IMG/VR virus record: IMGVR_UViG_3300028844_003505
Span: 1-60,730 of that record
Length of the DNA: 60,730 nt
DNA from: a virus
Taxonomy: Duplodnaviria; Caudoviricetes
Direction: 5' to 3' (one strand)
The notes under the pieces were generated by a model. It worked only from the letters and a program-made list of their open reading frames with translations. It made no database searches and was not told the origin of the DNA. Made by a program: the position numbers and the translations under genes. This document shows positions 48,247-56,342 of this stretch, one piece after another. Each line of letters opens with the position of its first letter. Within the stretch, counting starts at the first letter, position 1.

Positions 48247-48723
48247 ATGAATACATCTGAAACACCAACAAAAGACAACGTACTAAGGAGAACCATCCAT
48301 CTACGAGAAAGACTTAATGGCGTAGTCCAACCGACAGGTGGCGCAACGGTTACTTGTGATTACGACAAAGATACCAAACAACTCAGGTTTGCAGTTGCTT
48401 TGTGTTCGACCAAAGATGGGTTTTGTAAGAAAAAAGGTCGATTAATCTCACAAGGAAGACTGGTTACTGGGTTTGTTGCTGATGATCCATATACAATGAT
48501 CGCCGGACATCGGTTTGTTTTTCGTGCTACTGTTCCTGAAAATGTTAGGTTTGTAAATGTTATTTATGATACTATTCAGGATGTATTGAAAAATGATAAA
48601 TGGATCAAAGAACCAGATGTAAGCAATCTGGAAGATATTGCGTATCTTTGCGAAGATACTATCCATTACACAACACAGAAATATACAGAAGAAAATCTAT
48701 TGACACAGCCAATAGATTATTAA
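48247..48723 (+). CDS. Phage hypothetical protein
   Basis: GGATV..AVALCSTKDGFCKKKGR motif; AGGAG RBS. Confidence 0.65.
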   Translation: MNTSETPTKDNVLRRTIHLRERLNGVVQPTGGATVTCDYDKDTKQLRFAVALCSTKDGFCKKKGRLISQGRLVTGFVADDPYTMIAGHRFVFRATVPENVRFVNVIYDTIQDVLKNDKWIKEPDVSNLEDIAYLCEDTIHYTTQKYTEENLLTQPIDY

Positions 48724-48729
48724 AAACTA

Positions 48730-48808
48730 TGCGAGTTCGCCTAGTCTGGTCTAAGGCATCTGTTTCATACGCAGATTAACGTTGGTTCAAATCCAACACT
48801 CGCAACCA
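48730..48808 (+). tRNA. tRNA-CAT (Met; fMet/Ile2 not excluded)
   Basis: Cloverleaf, CAT anticodon, CCA. Confidence 0.88.
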
Positions 48809-48814
48809 AAATAT

Positions 48815-48974
48815 GAGAGAGTGTGTATCGGTTTATACTATGGGAGTGGAGAAAGTTCTGTTAGTAATAGTCACTTATAAGGTTACTAATGTAGTGTTCA
48901 TAATCCCGCAAGATATTGATAGCATGTTATTATATATCAGCCGTTAGCGAATATCCAACAATACACATTCTCCC
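48815..48974 (+). ncRNA. ~160-nt multibranch structured RNA candidate
   Basis: GAGAGAGTGTGTAT/ATACACATTCTCCC closing stem; inner TTAGTAAT/GTTACTAA and CCGTTAGCGG hairpins. Confidence 0.55.
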
Positions 48975-48982
48975 TTTTTAAT

Positions 48983-49057
48983 GGTGGATATAGTTCAAGT
49001 AGAACGGTTCGGTTGTGACCCGGATTGTTGTGGGTTCAAGTCCCATTATTCACCCCA
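48983..49057 (+). tRNA. tRNA-His(GTG)
   Basis: G-1:C73 pair, GTG anticodon, CCA; short D loop. Confidence 0.88.
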
Positions 49058-49093
49058 ATTAATTTAATAACTTAAACCTTTGAGGATTTTATT

Positions 49094-50245
49094 ATGAGCG
49101 AAAATGAAACCATTACAAAAAAGTTTGTACCAACAAATCACAATGTACTGAAAACGGATAATGATAATCATATCGTTGCCAAAAATATTAGCAGTACGGT
49201 AGAACTTAATTCATCATTTCATGAGATGGATGTCTATGGTATTATCAACATGAGATCGTTGAAAAATTTTGATGATTTCTTGAAAGAGTTTCCAAGTAAA
49301 GAGTTTACTGCAAACTTCGATGATTCTTTCAATCTGAAATTGGATTATACTTCGGTTTATAATATTGTAAAGAATTTTGGAGAACTGGCATTATATCAAA
49401 ATCGGTATTACTCGAAATATAAAAATTGTTTGTGTTTGTTTAATATAGATGCTGATTCTAAGAAAACTCAGTTTTCGTATGATATTTATGGTCATGATAT
49501 GACTGAAGTTTTGTCGGTTGCAAACGAGTTTTATAAATCTATCGAAACTTATATTTTTGATGAAAACCATATCAATCTTAAATGGTTGTATATGGACGAA
49601 AATAAACAGTCGAGAGATCATGATGTACAAGTAAAGTATGACGATGTTGTGTTGGCAGAAGCATATCCATTTATTGAAAACTTCTCCAACTACATCGATA
49701 ACTATTTGAATAGTGAAGAAACTATTCTGGTATTGCAGGGAGAACCGGGAACTGGTAAGACTCGATTGATTCGACAGTTGTTAACGGCAATGTCTAAGTT
49801 CCACAATGGTAATAAATATTTTGGATTCACAACATCACCAGAGTTGATTGACAAAGAAACTTTTTACATGCAGTTTTTGTTAAGTGATGGTTATGGTGGA
49901 ATGGTTCTTGAAGATTCTGATACCAGTATTACTTCAAGAAAAAAAATCAGCGAGAACACAACGATCAGTAAAATGTTATTTGCTTCTGATGGATTTATTC
50001 CGCATAATAAGAAAATTATTTTGAGTACAAATCTTGATGTAACAGACATCGATGATGCGATTACTCGAAGTGGACGATGTTATGATTTTGTAAAGACTCG
50101 AAAATTGAGTCCAACCGAAATCAGAACTTTCATGGATGCATACAACAAGAAATTTAATTTGAGTGTCGAGATTCGAGAATTTCATCAAGATGCTCCGTTG
50201 TGTGATGTTTATAAAGCAATAAAGAATACAACAGAAAAGAAATAA
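49094..50245 (+). CDS. AAA+ ATPase
   Basis: GEPGTGKT, VLEDSD, ILSTN, DDAITRSGRC motifs. Confidence 0.85.
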   Translation: MSENETITKKFVPTNHNVLKTDNDNHIVAKNISSTVELNSSFHEMDVYGIINMRSLKNFDDFLKEFPSKEFTANFDDSFNLKLDYTSVYNIVKNFGELALYQNRYYSKYKNCLCLFNIDADSKKTQFSYDIYGHDMTEVLSVANEFYKSIETYIFDENHINLKWLYMDENKQSRDHDVQVKYDDVVLAEAYPFIENFSNYIDNYLNSEETILVLQGEPGTGKTRLIRQLLTAMSKFHNGNKYFGFTTSPELIDKETFYMQFLLSDGYGGMVLEDSDTSITSRKKISENTTISKMLFASDGFIPHNKKIILSTNLDVTDIDDAITRSGRCYDFVKTRKLSPTEIRTFMDAYNKKFNLSVEIREFHQDAPLCDVYKAIKNTTEKK

Positions 50246-50252
50246 GTTTAAT

Positions 50253-50330
50253 CGGAGTGTAGCACAGTCTGGTCAGCGCACATGCTTTGGGAGCATGGGG
50301 TCGTAGGTTCGAATCCTACCACTCCGACCA
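50253..50330 (+). tRNA. tRNA-Pro(TGG)
   Basis: Cloverleaf, C1-G72, CCA. Confidence 0.95.
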
Positions 50331-50346
50331 AATTAATTTAGAAAGT

Positions 50347-50421
50347 CTGGAATGTAGGTGTTGAATCCTACCATCAAAATAGAGTTATGGATGTTTCGAT
50401 GTAGTTTAAGAAAAACACCAG
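50347..50421 (+). ncRNA. Circularly permuted tRNA-like RNA 3
   Basis: CTGG / T arm GTAGG-TGTTGAAT-CCTAC / CATC...GATG closed acceptor / TA-GTTT-AAGAA-AAAC / CCAG. Confidence 0.6.
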
Positions 50422-50436
50422 CTTAGAATTAAAAGA

Positions 50437-50536
50437 GCCGAGAGTATGGGTTCGAATCCCATTATGTAATTAAAGTGTATGCCTATCCATAACTATTTAT
50501 ATATTTATCATATAGTTTAATTGGTAGAACATCGGC
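50437..50536 (+). ncRNA. Circularly permuted tRNA-like RNA 4
   Basis: GCCGA / ATGGG-TTCGAAT-CCCAT / TATG...CATA closed acceptor / TAGTTTAATTGGTAGAACA / TCGGC. Confidence 0.75.
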
Positions 50537-50602
50537 GTTTACCTTTCGCTAGGGTGTAGTGTAACAGAACATAAACAATTATTTAAGTTAGGGGGTCTAA
50601 CT

Positions 50603-51733
50603 ATGAATAAATTTAAAGCACCAGAAGAAGCATCTAACATATATATAGACCATGTTAGCAAAAAAGCAAAGTTTGATTATTTGATTTATATTGGAAGATT
50701 TCAACCATTTCATAATGGACACAAGAAAGTAGTTGAAACTGGTTGTGCTATTTCAGATAAAGTGATTATATTGTGTGGTTCGTGTAATGTTCCTAGAACT
50801 ATTAAGAATCCATTTATATTTGAAGAACGAAAGAATTATATAGAGAAAACATTCGAGCATACTGAATATAAAGATCAGGTTATTATTAGAGGTCTTAATG
50901 ATATGGCATCTAATTCCGAATGGATAATTCAAGTCCAAAATATAATTAATGCATTGACAGAAGCTAATATCTCTGAAAATGTAAAGATTGGAATTATTGG
51001 ACATATGAAAGATGAATCATCTTGGTATCTGGAAAAATTGAATCTAGAATTTATTGAAGTTGGTATTTACAAAGACAGTACAAATATTGCAAATAAAAAA
51101 GTAGATTCTACTGATATTAGGAATCATATTTTTACAAATGAGCAGTACGAGTATAAAAATATAATTTCTGATGCAATGCAATATTGGCTTGAAGATTGGA
51201 AACGAGAAAAATGGGATGTGTATGAACATCTTCAAAAAGAGTATAAATTCAATAAAGAATATAAAAAGCAATGGGAAGGTTCTCCATTCCCTGTTCAATT
51301 TGTAACTGTTGATGCAGTAGTAGTTCAAAATGGACATATTCTTCTAATACAAAGAAAAACACAACCGGGTAAAGATTTATGGGCATTGCCGGGTGGGTTT
51401 TTAAATGAAGATGAAACATTACGTGAAGGAGTTTTACGAGAACTTAAAGAAGAAACACAATTAAAAGTTCCATCTAAGATTTTAGCAACACATATTCAAA
51501 ATCAAAATTCAATAGCTTTTGATAATCCACATAGATCGTTGAGGGGTAGAACAATTACTCACGTATTTGTTTTTAACTTACAACCTGATCCAGAAACTGG
51601 ATTATCTAATATCAAAGGCTCCGATGATGCGAAAGATGCTAAATGGGTTCCTTTGAACGAGTTCGACAAGATGGCAAAGGAAATGTTTGAAGATCATTAT
51701 TTTATTGCCGAGCATTTTATTAAACAATTATAA
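50603..51733 (+). CDS. nadM: Bifunctional NMN adenylyltransferase / Nudix ADP-ribose pyrophosphatase (NadM-Nudix, NatV-like)
   Basis: IGRFQPFHNGH, STDIR, ALPGGF..ETL..GVLRELKEET, GSDDAKDAKW motifs. Confidence 0.95.
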   Translation: MNKFKAPEEASNIYIDHVSKKAKFDYLIYIGRFQPFHNGHKKVVETGCAISDKVIILCGSCNVPRTIKNPFIFEERKNYIEKTFEHTEYKDQVIIRGLNDMASNSEWIIQVQNIINALTEANISENVKIGIIGHMKDESSWYLEKLNLEFIEVGIYKDSTNIANKKVDSTDIRNHIFTNEQYEYKNIISDAMQYWLEDWKREKWDVYEHLQKEYKFNKEYKKQWEGSPFPVQFVTVDAVVVQNGHILLIQRKTQPGKDLWALPGGFLNEDETLREGVLRELKEETQLKVPSKILATHIQNQNSIAFDNPHRSLRGRTITHVFVFNLQPDPETGLSNIKGSDDAKDAKWVPLNEFDKMAKEMFEDHYFIAEHFIKQL

Positions 51734-51770
51734 TTACAATATTAATAACTTATTTTAAGGGGGTCTTAAA

Positions 51771-53204
51771 ATGAATAAACGAAATATTATTTTAAATACT
51801 GATAGTTATAAACTTAGTCACTATAAACAATATCCAAAAGACACACAAACGATTTACTCTTATATTGAAAGTCGTGGTGGTCGATTTGATAAAACATTAT
51901 TCTTTGGTTTGCAAATGTTTATTAAAGAATATTTACAGAAACCGATCACCGCAGTAGATATTCTTGAAGCAAAAGATGTTGCAGAAAAACATGGTCTTTC
52001 CTTTAATGAGGAAGGATGGAATTACATTCTTAAAGAACATGGTGGCAAACTACCATTAAAAATCAGAGCAGTTAATGAAGGTGTTCTTGTTCCAGTATCT
52101 AATGTGATGGTGACGATGGAAAATACTGATCCGAAATGTTTTTGGCTAACTAACTATATCGAAACAGCACTGTTGCGAGCAATTTGGTATCCAACCACAG
52201 TAGCTACACAGAGTTATGAGATAAAGAAAATGATTTATAAATACTTAGAGGAAACTTCTGATGATCCAGATACAGAGATTGGTTTCAAATTACATGATTT
52301 TGGTGCAAGGGGAGTATCTAGCTTTGAGTCTGCTGGTATTGGTGGACTTGCACATCTTATAAATTTTATGGGTACAGATACGCTTACGGCTCTCCTGTAC
52401 GCCCGTGAATATTATAATGAAGATATGGCGGGATTTTCTTGTAACGCATCCGAACATTCTACTATTACTGCATGGGGTCGTAAGTTCGAGCGAGAAGCAT
52501 ACGAGAATATGATAAATCAGTATGGTGGCGAGGGTAAGATGTTTGCTTGTGTATCTGATTCTTATGATATCTATAATGCAGTAAACAATATTTGGGGAAA
52601 TCAACTAAAAGAAAAGGTTATTAATAATGGTGCTAGATTAATTATCAGACCTGATTCTGGAGTTCCAGAAAAAGTTGTTCCGCAAATTTTAAAAGACCTT
52701 ATGAACCATTTTGGTTCTACCAAAAATTCTAAAGGATATTTGGTATTGCCGGATTATGTTCGAGTTATTCAAGGTGATGGAATTAATTTTGATTCTATTA
52801 AACGTATTCTTGAAAAACTAAAAGAATGTGGAATTAGTGCCGACAACGTTGCGTTTGGTATGGGTGGAGCATTGTTGCAACAGTTAGACAGAGATACACA
52901 ACAATTTGCAATGAAATGTTCTGCTATCTTGAGAGATAATAAATGGGAAGATGTTTACAAAGAACCAGTGACTGATGCTGGTATGTCTTTTCAGAAAAAA
53001 TCTAAGCCGGGAAGATTGACTCTGATTTGGGATAATGTCAAGAAAAAACACAGAACAGAAAGATATCCATTAGCACACCAACCTTGGCAAGCAGGACCAG
53101 CTAATGAATGGTCTCATATGGAAGTAATGCATACTGTTTTTGAAAATGGAAAACTAGTTGCAGAATCTTCTTTGAAAGATATTCGTAGTAGAGTTAAATT
53201 ATAA
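51771..53204 (+). CDS. nadV: Nicotinamide phosphoribosyltransferase
   Basis: TDSYKLSH, LHDFGARG, ASEHS, VSDSYD, IRPDSG, IQGDG, FGMGGALLQ motifs. Confidence 0.96.
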   Translation: MNKRNIILNTDSYKLSHYKQYPKDTQTIYSYIESRGGRFDKTLFFGLQMFIKEYLQKPITAVDILEAKDVAEKHGLSFNEEGWNYILKEHGGKLPLKIRAVNEGVLVPVSNVMVTMENTDPKCFWLTNYIETALLRAIWYPTTVATQSYEIKKMIYKYLEETSDDPDTEIGFKLHDFGARGVSSFESAGIGGLAHLINFMGTDTLTALLYAREYYNEDMAGFSCNASEHSTITAWGRKFEREAYENMINQYGGEGKMFACVSDSYDIYNAVNNIWGNQLKEKVINNGARLIIRPDSGVPEKVVPQILKDLMNHFGSTKNSKGYLVLPDYVRVIQGDGINFDSIKRILEKLKECGISADNVAFGMGGALLQQLDRDTQQFAMKCSAILRDNKWEDVYKEPVTDAGMSFQKKSKPGRLTLIWDNVKKKHRTERYPLAHQPWQAGPANEWSHMEVMHTVFENGKLVAESSLKDIRSRVKL

Positions 53205-53227
53205 ATAATAATCTTGGATGGCGTTTT

Positions 53228-53314
53228 ATGAAAAAAAATCTATTTGTGAAGGATAATATCAAATCAGAGATATACGGGAGCATGAAATATGCTCCCGTAG
53301 CTCAATGGCAGTAG
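53228..53314 (+). promoter_or_regulatory. Leader ORF reading into tRNA-Ile(UAU) with an anti-acceptor hairpin
   Basis: MKKNLFVKDNIKSEIYGSMKYAPVAQWQ; ATA codon at 53270 directly precedes TACGGGAGCAT, which pairs with ATGCTCCCGTA. Confidence 0.5.
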
Positions 53315-53362
53315 CGGTCTCCTTATAAGAGATTGACGTAGGTTCGAATCCTACCGGGAGCA
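53291..53362 (+). tRNA. tRNA-Ile(TAT)
   Basis: Cloverleaf, loop CT-TAT-AA, A73; CCA not encoded. Confidence 0.85.
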
Positions 53363-53397
53363 TAATTTATGCTCATAAAATTTAAAGGGGTATAATT

Positions 53398-53856
53398 ATG
53401 ATTGATAAATTTGAAGGTGATTATAGATTTTTATCTAATTTTTGGGAGTGTCCTATTCTTTGGAATGGTGTTACATATAAATCAGCAGAACATTTTTATC
53501 AAGCTAGAAAAGCAATAACACCAGAAGATCACGAAAAAATTCGTAATGCTTCAGTCTCTGAATGCAAACGAATTGGTAATAGAATAGATATTCGTGATGA
53601 TTGGGATAGTATTAAAATTCGTGTCATGGATGATGTTGTGTTTTTAAAGTTTACACAGAACAAAGATTTACAAATAAAACTCATGAAAACATTTCCTTCT
53701 CGATTAGTTGAAGGTAATACATGGCATGATAATTTTTGGGGAAATTGTACTTGTAAAAAATGCAGTAAACAATTTGGAAAGAATTATTTAGGACAAACTC
53801 TAGAACATTGGAGACAAATGTTTATTGTGGATATGATAGAAAAATTGGGGTCGTAG
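53398..53856 (+). CDS. NADAR family ADP-ribosylhydrolase (YbiA-like)
   Basis: FLSNF, SAEHFYQARK, LKFTQN, LVEGNTWHDNFWG, GKNYLG motifs. Confidence 0.92.
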   Translation: MIDKFEGDYRFLSNFWECPILWNGVTYKSAEHFYQARKAITPEDHEKIRNASVSECKRIGNRIDIRDDWDSIKIRVMDDVVFLKFTQNKDLQIKLMKTFPSRLVEGNTWHDNFWGNCTCKKCSKQFGKNYLGQTLEHWRQMFIVDMIEKLGS

Positions 53857-53923
53857 CTAAATTGGGAAAGCACCTGCTTTGCACGTAGAAGATGTGAGAG
53901 TTCGAATCTCTCCGACTCCACCA
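53847..53923 (+). tRNA. tRNA-Ala(TGC)
   Basis: G3:U70, TGC anticodon, ACCA. Confidence 0.93.
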
Positions 53924-53984
53924 AATTATTTAATAAGAAAGTATCGAAATTGATATTTATTAATTTAAACGAAAGTGAATACGT

Positions 53985-54629
53985 ATGAAAAAAAATTATA
54001 GTAAACTTGTTTACATCATGGATCGATCTGGTTCTATGCATGGATTGACTGAAAAATCTGTAGAAGGATTTAATTCTTTTGTTCAAGATCAAAAGAAAAT
54101 TGAAGGAACCGCAGATTTAACTCTTGCAATTTTTGATACTGAATATGAAACAGTATTTGAAGATGTAGATATTAAATCTGTTCATCCAATCACGGAAAAA
54201 GATATTTATGCAAGAGGTATGACAGCATTGTTGGATGCTATTGGTAGAACAATCGATTCTGTAGGATCAAAGATAGATAAACTTGGGGAAAATCAAAAAC
54301 CAGAACATGTTGTAGTTGTGGTTATGACAGATGGACACGAAAATTCCTCACAAGAATACAATAGAGAACAAATTAAAAAGTTGATTACCCAACAGGAAGA
54401 TGTTTATAATTGGAATTTTCTATTCATGGGAGCAAATCAAGACTCATTTGCTACTGGTGGTGGTCTAGGATTTAAGAGCGGAAATATTTCAAATTTTGAC
54501 GCATCTATTCAAGGAGCCGCAACTGCATATTCAACAACTTCAAATTTTGTTGGTAATCTTCGATGTAAGGTAGAAAATAAATCTTTGTCAGATACATACA
54601 AAGACGAAGAAGAAAAATTATCAAAATAA
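53985..54629 (+). CDS. vWA-domain protein
   Basis: DRSGSM, TALLDAIG, MTDGHENSS, FLFMGANQD motifs. Confidence 0.9.
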   Translation: MKKNYSKLVYIMDRSGSMHGLTEKSVEGFNSFVQDQKKIEGTADLTLAIFDTEYETVFEDVDIKSVHPITEKDIYARGMTALLDAIGRTIDSVGSKIDKLGENQKPEHVVVVVMTDGHENSSQEYNREQIKKLITQQEDVYNWNFLFMGANQDSFATGGGLGFKSGNISNFDASIQGAATAYSTTSNFVGNLRCKVENKSLSDTYKDEEEKLSK

Positions 54630-54634
54630 CTTGT

Positions 54635-54708
54635 AGGGAATTAGTATAATGGTAGTACGTTTCTTTTACATGGAAAATGCGGGGGTTCGATACCCTCATT
54701 CCCTACCA
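54635..54708 (+). tRNA. tRNA-Val(TAC)
   Basis: Cloverleaf, ACCA. Confidence 0.9.
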
Positions 54709-54787
54709 TTTTGATGTGGAAAAATATAAAATAATATCTTGACGTATCAATGAAGTTGTGTTACACTGTATTATAACAATCAAACAA

Positions 54788-54862
54788 GCGGGTATAGTTC
54801 AATTGGTAGAACTACTGCCTTCCAAGCAGAAGACATCGGTTCGATTCCGGTTATCCGCTCCA
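54788..54862 (+). tRNA. tRNA-Gly(TCC)
   Basis: GCG acceptor start, U73, CCA; promoter TTGACG-17-TACACT at 54739. Confidence 0.93.
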
Positions 54863-55041
54863 TATAACTGTCAGGAGACTAATTATGGTAAATGATTTAG
54901 ATACAATACACACCAAAAAAATTAATTCTGGTCTTATGGTTCATGTTAACGGACACCCATTGAGTGTAGAAGAAGAAAAGAAGTTGAAAAAATGTATTAA
55001 GAAATCAAGAAAATCATTGAATATAAAGAAGTAGATATTAT

Positions 55042-55102
55042 GCCTTGAAGCTATTTATAATTTCATACATGTCGGTATGGATGGAATAGTGGATAGGCTC
55101 CA
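55042..55102 (+). ncRNA. CCA-tailed hairpin RNA, divergent member of the ATAC...GGAT family
   Basis: GCCT/AGGC + TCCA end; apical TTTCATAC-ATGTCG-GTATGGATG. Confidence 0.45.
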
Positions 55103-55110
55103 AATAACTT

Positions 55111-55186
55111 TCCAAGGTAGCTTACATGGTGAAAGCATTCGGTTGAAGCCCGATAGAGGTGGGATCGTTACCTACCCTTGGAACCA
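55111..55186 (+). tRNA. tRNA-Phe(GAA) with atypical T loop
   Basis: Cloverleaf, ACCA; T loop ATCGTTA. Confidence 0.82.
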
Positions 55187-55217
55187 AATTTATTATTAAT
55201 TTTTTAATCATGGAGAA

Positions 55218-55976
55218 ATGATTATGCCAAAATTACATGAAATTCTAGCAGTAGAAGGATCGGTACAGGGAGCATCAAAGGATATTATCAAGGAAACTGA
55301 AAATACCTTTACCAACAAATCCACACATTTTCGTGGTGGTGTTAAACAGTATGTTCCTTTCTCTGAAGATGAAAAGGAATCCGAAGCATATCAAGAGTCA
55401 ACCGAAATGGTAACTTCGGTAGACAAGAAACTCGAACATTTTTGGGGAGTAGTTTCTAATGAATTGGATGTTACCTTCCAAAAAGAATGTACCAATCAGG
55501 AAGCGGTTGCTGATATTATTGTGGAAGGAAAAACTTTAAAAACAGGAGTTCCTGTTGGATTCTTGCTTGGTCTCGAAGCTAAGATCAAAGAATGGCGAAG
55601 AGTTCTTAAAGCAATTCCAACTCTACAACCGGGTGTAAAATGGGAACGAGATGTAGACCGGGGAGAAGATGTTTGGACTACAACACCTGATCCGGCGTTT
55701 CGAACACGTAAAGAAGTTCGATTCAAAGTTATGGTTCCTCCAACGGAAAAACATCCTGCCCAACTTGAGAAATGGAACGAGCAAGTTAATTGTGGTAAAT
55801 TCAATACAACCATTTGGTCTGGTGAGTATTCTACCGCACAAAAAGCAGAATTGCTAACTCGTTTGGATAGACTCGAACATGGTGTTAAACAAGCACGTAA
55901 TAGAGCCAATTCAATCGAAGTAAAAGATTTAGAAATTTCAGATGAATTAAGAAATTATTTAATCAGAGGTATTTAA
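55218..55976 (+). CDS. Conserved helical protein of unknown function (DUF7873-like, from recollection)
   Basis: KLHEILAVE, VPVGFLLGLE, IPTLQP..W, PPTEKHPAQ, WSG, AR.RAN motifs. Confidence 0.6.
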   Translation: MIMPKLHEILAVEGSVQGASKDIIKETENTFTNKSTHFRGGVKQYVPFSEDEKESEAYQESTEMVTSVDKKLEHFWGVVSNELDVTFQKECTNQEAVADIIVEGKTLKTGVPVGFLLGLEAKIKEWRRVLKAIPTLQPGVKWERDVDRGEDVWTTTPDPAFRTRKEVRFKVMVPPTEKHPAQLEKWNEQVNCGKFNTTIWSGEYSTAQKAELLTRLDRLEHGVKQARNRANSIEVKDLEISDELRNYLIRGI

Positions 55977-56070
55977 TTTTGTGGTGCAATTTTATTATTA
56001 TTATTAGCGACAACATATCATTATCGTTATAATATTAGCCACCAAATTTATTGTAAATCTTCTATATATA

Positions 56071-56179
56071 GTATGTTGCAGACCCTTAAACATTAAGGAA
56101 TGGGTTCGAATCCCATCCCAGCCTCCAAAATTATCATGGCTGGGTAGTTTAATGGCAGAACGTAATGGTATTAGCATAC
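56071..56179 (+). ncRNA. Circularly permuted tRNA with internal CCA (RNA 5)
   Basis: CATTA / ATGGG-TTCGAAT-CCCAT / CCCAGCC-TCCA / spacer AAATTATCAT / GGCTGGG-TA-GTTTAATGGCAGAAC-G / TAATG. Confidence 0.8.
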
Positions 56180-56211
56180 ACGGGACTGTTAAGAGAATTA
56201 TGTAGAATACA

Positions 56212-56281
56212 AACAGTCGCCCAACTGGTTAGGGCAATAGTTATTGAAAACTATCGGTTGCGGGTTCGATTCCCGCCTGTT
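56212..56281 (+). ncRNA. tRNA-like element with 5-bp acceptor, non-7-nt anticodon loop and no CCA
   Basis: Good D arm GCCC-AACTGGTTA-GGGC and T arm GCGGG-TTCGATT-CCCGC. Confidence 0.65.
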
Positions 56282-56292
56282 AAAACAACTTT

Positions 56293-56328
56293 GGGGAGTC
56301 GGCAAGGATATGTCGGCTCCCTTCTTTT
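56293..56328 (+). terminator. Intrinsic terminator
   Basis: GGGAGTCGGCA...TGTCGGCTCCC-TTCTTTT. Confidence 0.75.
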
Positions 56329-56342
56329 ATATTTAAAAAATT

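Noticed and set aside
50395-50470. Normal tRNA formed from the D arm of element 3 and the T arm of element 4
   Set aside because: Acceptor and anticodon stems do not pair in that register, whereas both permuted folds pair cleanly.
56071-56330. Two-piece tmRNA or ochre suppressor (CCTTAAA bulge)
   Set aside because: The acceptor lacks G3:U70 and A73 and no tag ORF is evident; the bulge lacks U33 and is not a closed anticodon loop. Genes use TAA stops normally.
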